This document shows positions 1-5,750 of a stretch of DNA of 6,642 nt, in pieces (the stretch's first letter is position 1; each line of letters starts with the position of its first letter). The DNA lies in the sequence record CP126040.1; one strand, given 5' to 3'. The notes under the pieces were generated by a model that was given only the letters and a program-made list of their open reading frames with translations, was not told the origin of the DNA and did not search any database. The stretch comes from a plasmid. The translations under genes were made by a program, and so were the position numbers.

Positions 1-1452
1 GTGGCAAATTATGCAGTTATCAGGATGGAAAAATACAAGAAAGATAGACTGAATGGGACGCAAAAACACAATCAGCGGGAGTTTCAAAAAAGCAAAAATG
101 AAAACATTGATCGTGGCCGGTCACATCTCAATTACGATCTTATCAACGGTCAACCGATCAGCTACGCACAGGCGGTTCGTGAAAAAATTGAGGGCAGGGT
201 CAAACGGAAAGTGCGGGACGATGCCGTTTTGGTGAGTGAGTTTTTGATTACGGCCAGTCCTGACTACATGAACGGATTGAGCGAGACGGAGCAGCGGCGC
301 TATTTTGAAGCGGCAGTGGATCATCTGAAAGAGAAATACACTGCGGAAAATATGTTGTATGCCACGGTACATATGGATGAAGCGACCCCGCACATGCATG
401 TCGGGATTGTGCCGATCACCGAGGACGGCCGGCTTTCTGCTAAAGATTTCTTTAACGGCAAGCTGAAGATGAAAGCTATTCAGGATGATTTTCACCGGCA
501 TATGGTGAAGAGCGGTTTTGACTTGGAGCGGGGAGAACCAAGCGAAAAGAAGCATGAAAATGTTCACCAGTACAAAATCAATCAGCGGAAAGCGGAGCTT
601 GAGCGGCTGAACGCTGAGATCGCTTTGAAGGAAAAACGGAAAGCGGAATTGGAACAGCAGAACCGAGCGGTCGAATCAGTGGTTTCCGTCAAAAAAGAAG
701 CGCTGACGGCCAAAACGCAAGAGCAGAGGATCCCGACCGTTGAGTATGAAAAAGCCGGTCTTTTCAAAAAAGACAAGGTGACTGTGCCGCAGCATGAACT
801 TGAAAATTTGTATGCTTATGCGGAAGATCAAGGGAAAATGGCGGCGCAACTGTCGCGGCAACTTGAAGCGGAAACGGAAGAGAAGGAACGGTGGAAGTCC
901 ATAGCCGTCGAAGAAAGGGAGCGGGCAGACTCGAAAGATAAGATGCTCTCGGATCTGCAGACGGTTATGAACGAGGAGGTCGAAAAAGCAAAAAGGGGGA
1001 TGCGGCGTAAGCTGACTAAAGAATTTACGGAAGAGCAACGAGAAGAACTCCGTCAGGAAGTGAAAGAAGAGCTGTCTGCTCTGAAAACAGAAAACAGCGA
1101 GCTGAGAACGGAGAATAGGGATTTGAAGCGGCTGACGTTGTCTCTGAGCGAACAAAAAGACAATGAGGTCAAAAAGCATGCCGAAACGAAAAAAAGCCTT
1201 AAAGCGGAAAGAGGTAGGTATGGTGAGCTGCTGAACTTCGCCCAGGAGCAAAATAAAGAGTTTCAGTCGCTGAACGAGGAAAACAAGACGCTAAGAGATC
1301 GGGTGGCCGTACTGGAACAGTGGAAAGACAAAATGGTGCAGTGGGCTAAAGAGAAGTTGCCAAGGGTGCGGAAATTAGCGGCATCGTTTTTCCGTACGGC
1401 TGGAATGCCTAGAGAAGCGAATAAATACAAGGACCATGAATTAGAGCGGTGA
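1..1452 (+). CDS. mob: Plasmid mobilization relaxase / plasmid recombination enzyme, Mob/Pre (MOBV, pMV158 MobM / pUB110 Pre family). It starts at the GTG at position 1.
   Basis: The N-terminus (VANYAVIRMEKYKK...KHNQREF) aligns with the MobM N-terminus (MSYMVARMQKMK...KHNERVF), including the catalytic His in the HN(Q/E)R motif I. The MOBV motif III, HxDExTPHxH, is present as VHMDEATPHMHVGIVPI. The C-terminal half is a long charged coiled-coil, as in MobM/Pre. The single long ORF fills the frame. An RBS-like GGGGGGGA lies at the window end, just 5' of the GTG, if the molecule is circular. Confidence 0.9.
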   Translation: MANYAVIRMEKYKKDRLNGTQKHNQREFQKSKNENIDRGRSHLNYDLINGQPISYAQAVREKIEGRVKRKVRDDAVLVSEFLITASPDYMNGLSETEQRRYFEAAVDHLKEKYTAENMLYATVHMDEATPHMHVGIVPITEDGRLSAKDFFNGKLKMKAIQDDFHRHMVKSGFDLERGEPSEKKHENVHQYKINQRKAELERLNAEIALKEKRKAELEQQNRAVESVVSVKKEALTAKTQEQRIPTVEYEKAGLFKKDKVTVPQHELENLYAYAEDQGKMAAQLSRQLEAETEEKERWKSIAVEERERADSKDKMLSDLQTVMNEEVEKAKRGMRRKLTKEFTEEQREELRQEVKEELSALKTENSELRTENRDLKRLTLSLSEQKDNEVKKHAETKKSLKAERGRYGELLNFAQEQNKEFQSLNEENKTLRDRVAVLEQWKDKMVQWAKEKLPRVRKLAASFFRTAGMPREANKYKDHELER

Positions 1453-1464
1453 CTGTTGGCGGTA

Positions 1465-1944
1465 TTAGCTGTTCTTCCAAAATTGCCACCACTTTTTTTG
1501 TTTAGTGGCTGCGATCATTCTTTGTGTCTCTAGCGACTCCCGTAATGCGGCAGTGAGTGTCTCGTGCCTTTCTTGCTGTCTTTTTTCGAATTGTTCCATC
1601 CGTTCTGCCATCCTTTGGTTGAATTCTTCCTGTCGCTTCATGAATTCAACCAAAGGATTGTCCTGTAGCGATGTAGCGGTATCCGATATGGTCAGTTTTG
1701 AACGATACAGGCTTGCTATATGCTTTACCGTTTCGTCGAGTGAGTGTCCATTGATCTTAGTCATTGTACATAGATACTCTAAAGTCTTTACGTCATCCTC
1801 GGTATAGAGTCGCCATCCTTTTGAATCTTTATTGAAGGAGTAGCCTTGTTCTTCAAGCATACTGGCATACTTGCGGACAGTCACCGGCTCTATACCGAGG
1901 TGTTTTGCGACGTCTTTGGACGATAATTTGACTCCCATATCCAT
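1465..1944 (-). CDS. MerR-family helix-turn-helix transcriptional regulator of about 159 aa, with an N-terminal HTH and a C-terminal coiled-coil. It is convergent with mob, with 12 nt between the two stop codons.
   Basis: The N-terminal segment LSSKDVAKHLGIEPVTVRKYASMLEEQGY...KGWRLYTEDDVKTLEYL matches the MerR-type HTH pattern (helix, turn, recognition helix, then a W/Y-R-x-Y wing). The C-terminus is a Q/E/R-rich predicted coiled-coil. An RBS GAGGTG sits 7 nt before the ATG at 1944. The GTG at 1947 is an alternative start with only 4-nt spacing. Confidence 0.7.
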   Translation of the reverse strand: MDMGVKLSSKDVAKHLGIEPVTVRKYASMLEEQGYSFNKDSKGWRLYTEDDVKTLEYLCTMTKINGHSLDETVKHIASLYRSKLTISDTATSLQDNPLVEFMKRQEEFNQRMAERMEQFEKRQQERHETLTAALRESLETQRMIAATKQKKWWQFWKNS

Positions 1945-2002
1945 CACGAATCACCTCGTAAAATAGGTTCGCTATGGAGAGGCCAGACACCTGCACCCTT
2001 TA

Positions 2003-2021
2003 TTATGTTTGAGTTGTTTTG
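2003..2021. repeat. Copy 1 of a ~19-bp direct repeat, TTATGTTTGAGTTGTTTTG. It sits in the loop of a 9-bp inverted repeat, GCACCCTTT (1993-2001) / AAAGGGTGC (2023-2031).
   Basis: Both the direct repeat and the flanking inverted repeat are read directly in the sequence. This is a candidate operator in the intergenic region between the MerR-like gene and the vbhA-like ORF. Confidence 0.5.
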
Positions 2022-2103
2022 AAAAGGGTGCATTTCAAAAGGAGCGCTGCATACCTAAACTAGAGGAAAAATCCAGTCATGACAGGGGGCTGACTGGGTT
2101 CTT

Positions 2104-2123
2104 TTATGTTTGAGTTTGTTTTG
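2104..2123. repeat. Copy 2 of the direct repeat, TTATGTTTGAGTTTGTTTTG, differing from copy 1 by one T insertion. It lies ~100 bp downstream of copy 1.
   Basis: 19 of 20 positions match copy 1, and both copies are preceded by a CTTT(T) stretch. Confidence 0.5.
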
Positions 2124-2229
2124 GAATTTAGGAGCGGTCACGGAGTGCCCAGTTATACGCACCAAATAAATTGGGGCGTACTGGCGGAAATGACCCGGAG
2201 GGGCTTTTGATAAAGAGGAGGGGGTAGTA

Positions 2230-2397
2230 ATGCAAAAGATTGATTTTGAAACAGGGATGAAATATGTAAGAGCAACTCTTGGCTTTGAGGGCTTAGTGCT
2301 GACGGAAGAAGAGGAAAAGCTTTTAGAAAGGCGGTTTCATGGAGAAATCACAGAAGAAGAATACATACGAAAAGCGCTGGAGCTGTCTTATCTCTAA
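2230..2397 (+). CDS. Small 55-aa protein with the VbhA-like Fic-antitoxin motif. It stands alone, with no Fic-domain gene in the window.
   Basis: ATG at 2230 preceded by a strong RBS, GAGGAGGGGG (2214-2223). The product is MQKIDFETGMKYVRATLGFEGLVLTEEEEKLLERRFHGEITEEEYIRKALELSYL. The segment TLGFEGL...GEITEEEYIRKALE aligns with the VbhA antitoxin core (S-Q-R-L-E-G-L...G-E-L-E-T-S-D-V-I-K-D-L-M-E), including the inhibitory (S/T)xxxEG glutamate motif. The ORF is too short for the supplied six-frame track. Confidence 0.55.
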   Translation: MQKIDFETGMKYVRATLGFEGLVLTEEEEKLLERRFHGEITEEEYIRKALELSYL

Positions 2398-2399
2398 AT

Positions 2400-2720
2400 G
2401 GGAAGCGGGCGCTCTTGGCGTGAGTCAACGGTAACCGGACCGTAGGGAGGATTAAGGAGTTGACTCACTCAGCGCCACCCGAACCCTTTCAGCACTCAAA
2501 CAAACCCGTTTGTTTGACGCCAACCGGCGAGGGAGCCCCCCGAAGAATCGGGGGGTTGGGGGGATTGAAATATTGGCATCCAACGGCCGTCCGTTGGTGG
2601 GTTTGGGCAAAGCCCAAGAACGTGAACTGTGGTGAGAGAAGGGAGTGTAAGGCGACGGCAGCGATAAGCGACCGGATCGAATCCAACCCGAAAGCCCCCC
2701 CATGCTAACAGGGGGGTAGT
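2400..2720 (+). other. GC-rich, hairpin-dense non-coding block. It is a candidate single-strand origin (sso, ssoT/palT-like) for lagging-strand initiation, or alternatively a structured ncRNA.
   Basis: There is a long imperfect inverted repeat, 2407-2432 against 2459-2480. Further stem-loops are CAAACAAAC..GTTTGTTTG (~2498-2517), CCCCCCGA-agaa-TCGGGGGG (~2536-2555), CCAACGG-ccgt-CCGTTGG (~2581-2598) and C8..G6 (~2694-2716). The six-frame ORFs here overlap on both strands and are low-complexity (P/G/R-rich), which fits non-coding DNA. The block lies ~650 bp upstream of the dso on the displaced (+) strand, the usual sso placement in pC194/pUB110-family plasmids. Confidence 0.4.
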
Positions 2721-2767
2721 AATCGCAAAAATAAAAAATGAGCGCATTTTGCTTCCTGGCTGTTGCG

Positions 2768-2810
2768 TAAAAAAGGAAAGGTGGATGTATAAAGCATCCG
2801 CCTTTTTTGT
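2768..2810. terminator. A-run, hairpin GGTGGATG-tataaag-CATCCGCC, then T6. This is a bidirectional rho-independent terminator-like element.
   Basis: The stem-loop followed by TTTTTTG is read directly. An A-run upstream makes it symmetric. Confidence 0.5.
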
Positions 2811-3164
2811 TGCTGTCATCTGTATAGGTATTGATATATGCGTCTGAGAATGCTCAGATTAGCTTCTGAGGGCTTTTAATAAAAAAACCGACCTGAGGGA
2901 AGGGGGTGCTCTTAAAATCGAATATAGAGACGTTTAATGCGTTTGAAAATAAAAAAAGCAGACTTTTGAGAGTCCGCCTTGTTATTTTTAGCCCAGTGCA
3001 CCATTTTCAGCAACTTGAAAATCTTTTGATATGCCTTAGAAGAGTGTAGTGTAAGGGGGTTTTTCCGTGGGAGGGCTTTAAAATATTTTGCAAGATTCAC
3101 TTTTTCGAACTGATTTGAGCGAAAAAGGAACAGATTTGTTACTGAATCTCTTACATGGGTTTTG

Positions 3165-3220
3165 AAAAAAGCGCTTTTGGATGTTAAAAAGGCTTTTTCG
3201 CATGAAAAAAGCCGATTTTC
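3165..3220. repeat. Three phased A-tract / GC-core / T-tract mini-palindromes: AAAAGCGCTTTT, AAAAAGGCTTTTT and GAAAAAAGCCGATTTTC. Their centres fall at about 3172, 3192 and 3212, giving a ~20-bp periodicity.
   Basis: Read directly. A-tracts phased at two helical turns predict intrinsic DNA curvature. The position is upstream of the dso. Confidence 0.5.
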
Positions 3221-3260
3221 AAAAAAAAATCTCCCCCTACGGGGGGGAGATTGGTTTTGA
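3221..3260. terminator. A9, hairpin TCTCCCCC-tacgg-GGGGGAGA, then a T-rich tail. This is a strong bidirectional terminator-like palindrome, strongest on the minus strand where the T9 run follows.
   Basis: The near-perfect GC-rich stem is flanked by an A9 run and a T-rich run. Confidence 0.55.
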
Positions 3261-3278
3261 TCTTGGGTTTTGGGTTTT

Positions 3279-3312
3279 AAAAAAAGACCGGCAATTTTGC
3301 CGGCCTTTTTTG
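3279..3312. terminator. A7, hairpin GACCGGCAA-TT-TTGCCGGCC, then T6. This is a bidirectional terminator-like palindrome.
   Basis: Read directly. Confidence 0.5.
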
Positions 3313-3339
3313 CGATTTTGACGGAGTCGAAATCGGGTT

Positions 3340-3362
3340 TTTTCTTATCTTGATACTATATA
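3340..3362 (+). other. Double-strand origin (dso) nick region of a pC194/pUB110-family rolling-circle plasmid: TTTCTTATCTTGATACTATATAG. The predicted Rep nick is within CTTG/ATA, between 3352 and 3353.
   Basis: The sequence TCTTATCTTGATA matches the conserved pC194/pUB110 dso nick-site consensus (TTCTTTCTTATCTTGATA). A cognate Rep_1-family gene lies 150 bp downstream on the same strand. An adjacent inverted repeat, CGATTT..AAATCG, spans 3312-3336. Confidence 0.75.
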
Positions 3363-3377
3363 GCAACATCTCAAGGC

Positions 3378-3425
3378 AAAAAAAAAGCCTTCGTCCCTTG
3401 TTTGTCAAGGGTTGAGGGCTTTTTT
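3378..3425. terminator. A9, imperfect hairpin GCCTTCGTCCCTTG-tttgt-CAAGGGTTGAGGGC, then T6. Its T-run overlaps the -35 of the rep promoter.
   Basis: Read directly. It probably insulates the rep promoter from upstream read-through, or takes part in rep control. Confidence 0.45.
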
Positions 3426-3453
3426 GACAGGTAAAAACTCCATCTGCTATTAT
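3424..3453 (+). promoter_or_regulatory. Candidate sigma-A promoter for rep: -35 TTGACA (3424-3429), an 18-nt spacer, and -10 TATTAT (3448-3453).
   Basis: A consensus -35 and a 5/6 -10 lie ~55 nt upstream of the rep start, with an RBS AAGGAG at 3499-3504. Confidence 0.5.
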
Positions 3454-3509
3454 TAAGGTGTCGAATCAAAATAATAGAATGCTAGAGAACTAGCTCAGAA
3501 GGAGTTTTT

Positions 3510-4535
3510 GTGTTCATGTATTCATCTGAAAATGATTATAGCATCCTTGAGGACAAAACCGCAACAGGTAAAAAGCGGGATTGGAAAGGGAAAAAGAGAC
3601 GGGCAAATCTTATGGCGGAGCATTATGAGGCCTTACAGAAAAAAATTGGAGCGCCTTACTATGGCAAAAAGGCTGAGCGTTTATCTGAATGTGCAGAGCA
3701 TCTGTCGTTTAAAAGAGACCCGGAAACGGGCAGGTTGAAACTGTATCAAGCCCATTTTTGTAAAGTGAGGTTATGCCCGATGTGTGCATGGCGCAGGTCG
3801 TTAAAAATTGCTTATCACAACAAGCTCATCGTTGAGGAAGCCAATCGGCAGTACGGCTGCGGATGGATTTTCCTTACGCTGACGGTTCGAAATATCGAAG
3901 GTGAAGCATTGAAACCAACGATTTCTGACATGATGAAAGGGTGGAATCGTCTTTTTGGATATAAACGGATTAAGACAGCCACCTTGGGATATTTTAGAGC
4001 ATTAGAGATTACGAAAAATCATGAAGCAGATACATATCATCCGCATTTCCATGTGTTGTTACCTGTAAAGAGAAATTATTTCGGCAAAAATTATATCAAG
4101 CAAGCGGAATGGACAAGCCTTTGGAAAAGGGCAATGAAACTGGACTACACGCCGATTGTCGATATTCGTCGAGTGAAAGGTAAAGCGAAGGTTGACGCTG
4201 AACAGATCGAGAGCGATGTACGGGAAGCGATGATGGAGCAAAAAGCCGTTTTGGAGATTTCTAAGTACCCAGTGAAAGATACCGATGTTGTGCGTGGTAG
4301 CAAGGTGACGGATGATAATTTGAACACGGTGTTTTACTTGGATGATGCGCTTTCTGCGCGCCGGCTTATTGGTTACGGCGGCATTTTGAAGGAAATTCAT
4401 AAGGAACTGAACCTCGGTGATGCGGAAGACGGCGATCTCGTCAAGATTGAGGAAGAAGATGACGAAGTTGCAAATGGTGCATTTGAAGTCATGGCTTATT
4501 GGCATCCTGGCATTAAGAATTACATACTCAAATAA
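3510..4535 (+). CDS. rep: Rolling-circle replication initiator Rep (Rep_1 / pC194-pUB110 family HUH endonuclease).
   Basis: KLYQAHFCKVRLCPMCAWRRSLK aligns with pC194 RepA KLYKANSCKNRFCPVCAWRKARK. The HUH motif is present as HPHFHVLLPV, and the catalytic Tyr motif as EISKYPVKDTD. The GTG at 3510 lies 5 nt after the RBS AAGGAG. An in-frame ATG at 3516 (11-nt spacing) is an alternative start. Confidence 0.92.
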   Translation: MFMYSSENDYSILEDKTATGKKRDWKGKKRRANLMAEHYEALQKKIGAPYYGKKAERLSECAEHLSFKRDPETGRLKLYQAHFCKVRLCPMCAWRRSLKIAYHNKLIVEEANRQYGCGWIFLTLTVRNIEGEALKPTISDMMKGWNRLFGYKRIKTATLGYFRALEITKNHEADTYHPHFHVLLPVKRNYFGKNYIKQAEWTSLWKRAMKLDYTPIVDIRRVKGKAKVDAEQIESDVREAMMEQKAVLEISKYPVKDTDVVRGSKVTDDNLNTVFYLDDALSARRLIGYGGILKEIHKELNLGDAEDGDLVKIEEEDDEVANGAFEVMAYWHPGIKNYILK

Positions 4536-4540
4536 AAAAA

Positions 4541-4568
4541 GAGACCCTCAAAAGGTCTTTTTTTTATG
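4541..4568 (+). terminator. Rho-independent terminator for rep: stem GAGACC / GGTCT(T) with a 7-nt loop (ctcaaaa), then a T9 run.
   Basis: The hairpin plus T9 run lies immediately after the rep stop at 4533-4535. Confidence 0.7.
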
Positions 4569-4727
4569 CCGTGTTTGAATTAACAAAATGCGTTATATGA
4601 CAAAAAAACCTCTATTTTGATTAAATCCTTAATTTTTCCTTAAAAAACAAAATTAAAAACCAATAATAAACAAAAATGTACTATCGTACTATTGTATATA
4701 TTTTTAATTAATGGAAAGGAGACTTCT

Positions 4728-5189
4728 ATGGTTATTAATTCATTAAAAAGAAGCCAAATGCTTCTGCCCTTAACAATTATTTTGTCTTTATTATTAACTG
4801 TTGGTTATGCGTTGCTTCCTGTTAAAGACTCATCTATAGCTAAAGCTGATACAGTAGATAAGACATTTTCAACCACTAGCGGAAAGGCTTGGACTTCAGT
4901 AGCAAAAAAAGCAAACACTAGTGGAGTTTACGTTAAGGTGAAAAAAGGAGAAAGAGTGCTAGTTTCTGTCTTTGCTGATGCAAATAAGGGCAAAGGAAAA
5001 AGAAAATGGGTAAACGTTTCTGGTAGCTCTGGAGGCAGTTTAGGTACTTATGTATCTTCAGGACATACATATCATCTTACCAATTATGCTGTTGAAAGAT
5101 ATGGAAAGGGAGTTCCTATACGTTTACTTGTTGATAAAGGCGGTAAGTCTGGAAAAGTTGAATTTCTTTGGAGTCCAGACTCCAGATAA
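4728..5189 (+). CDS. Secreted small protein, paralog A (153 aa). It has an N-terminal Sec-type signal peptide with a predicted SPase I site AKA|DT, and a ~113-aa mature part.
   Basis: RBS AAGGAG (4716-4721) sits 6 nt before the ATG at 4728. The six-frame track places the start upstream at TTG 4692, which lacks an RBS. A charged n-region (KRSQ) is followed by a hydrophobic h-region, LLPLTIILSLLLTVGYALL, and then AKA-D. The product is ~70% identical to the next ORF. Confidence 0.8.
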   Translation: MVINSLKRSQMLLPLTIILSLLLTVGYALLPVKDSSIAKADTVDKTFSTTSGKAWTSVAKKANTSGVYVKVKKGERVLVSVFADANKGKGKRKWVNVSGSSGGSLGTYVSSGHTYHLTNYAVERYGKGVPIRLLVDKGGKSGKVEFLWSPDSR

Positions 5190-5213
5190 AATTTAAGTTA
5201 AGGAGTGTATTAT

Positions 5214-5663
5214 ATGGCTATTCGAAATATTTTAGAAAAAAGTAAAGTATTAATTATAGTTGGAGCTGTTTTATGTTTAATGGTTTCAATAATTTCTTAT
5301 CCTCCTTTGGCTAAGGCAGATACAAAGGACAGAACTGTAAATGTTAATGCATCACATGGTTGTACTACTGTTGCAAAAAAAGCAAATACTAGTGGTGTTT
5401 ATTTGAAAGTATTGTCTCATGGAAGTGGTCGGAATATGCTTGTTTACGTCGATGCTGATGCGAACAAAGGAAAAGGAAAAAGGCACTGGGTAAATGTTTC
5501 TGGAAAAGATAAAGCTAGTCTAGGTAAATATGTTACAAAGGGGAACACGTATCACCTTACCAATTATGCTGTTGAAAGATACGGAAAGGGAGTTCCTATT
5601 AGACTTTGTTTCGATGGAGATAAAGGGAAAATTAATTTCCTTTGGAGTCCGGATAGTAGATGA
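5214..5663 (+). CDS. Secreted small protein, paralog B (149 aa), with a signal peptide and predicted cleavage at AKA|DT.
   Basis: RBS AAGGAG (5201-5205) sits 8 nt before the ATG at 5214. The h-region is VLIIVGAVLCLMVSIIS. The conserved blocks VAKKANTSGVY, DANKGKGKRxWVNVSG, TYHLTNYAVERYGKGVPIRL and FLWSPDSR are shared with paralog A. Confidence 0.8.
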   Translation: MAIRNILEKSKVLIIVGAVLCLMVSIISYPPLAKADTKDRTVNVNASHGCTTVAKKANTSGVYLKVLSHGSGRNMLVYVDADANKGKGKRHWVNVSGKDKASLGKYVTKGNTYHLTNYAVERYGKGVPIRLCFDGDKGKINFLWSPDSR

Positions 5664-5667
5664 TGAG

Positions 5668-5693
5668 AAGCAGGATTAATCCTGCTTTTTTAT
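5668..5693 (+). terminator. Rho-independent terminator: AGCAGGA-ttaa-TCCTGCT, then T6.
   Basis: A perfect 7-bp stem and T-run lie 5 nt after the stop of paralog B. Confidence 0.7.
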
Positions 5694-5750
5694 TTTGATT
5701 TTGGTAAAATGTGATAAGCGAGTTTTGAAAATGTGGAGGAGGAAATTTCT

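Noticed and set aside
121-1251. Minus-strand ORFs 121-567, 582-776 and 676-1251, and the + ORF 53-235, inside mob
   Set aside because: They lie entirely within the well-supported mob reading frame region, on the opposite strand or in another frame. They have no RBS. Their composition is F/L/R-rich and low-complexity, as is typical of antisense frames of a charged coiled-coil gene.
1505-1807. The + strand 100-aa ORF antisense to the MerR-like gene
   Set aside because: It is C/S-rich low-complexity translation of the opposite strand of a gene with a clear HTH domain. It has no RBS.
2672-2700. tRNA-like T-loop motif GGATCGAATCC
   Set aside because: No acceptor, D or anticodon stems that form a cloverleaf could be found around it. 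It is likely a chance resemblance within a hairpin-rich block.
2452-2819. Four mutually overlapping ORFs (82-107 aa) on both strands in the GC-rich block
   Set aside because: The products are P/G/R/W-rich with no domain-like features. They overlap each other on both strands. The AAGGAG in front of the 2460 TTG has zero spacing. The region is better explained as structured non-coding DNA (candidate sso).
2912-3100. Minus-strand 62-aa ORF in the A-tract/palindrome zone
   Set aside because: The product is K/F-rich from A/T tracts. It has no RBS. It overlaps palindromic elements.
3508-3738. Alternative-frame 76-aa ORF at the rep 5' end
   Set aside because: It is out of frame with the Rep protein, which has unmistakable Rep_1 motifs. 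Basic low-complexity product.
4059-4505. Minus-strand ORFs (148 aa and 60 aa) inside rep
   Set aside because: They are antisense to the conserved Rep core, with no RBS and no recognisable motifs.
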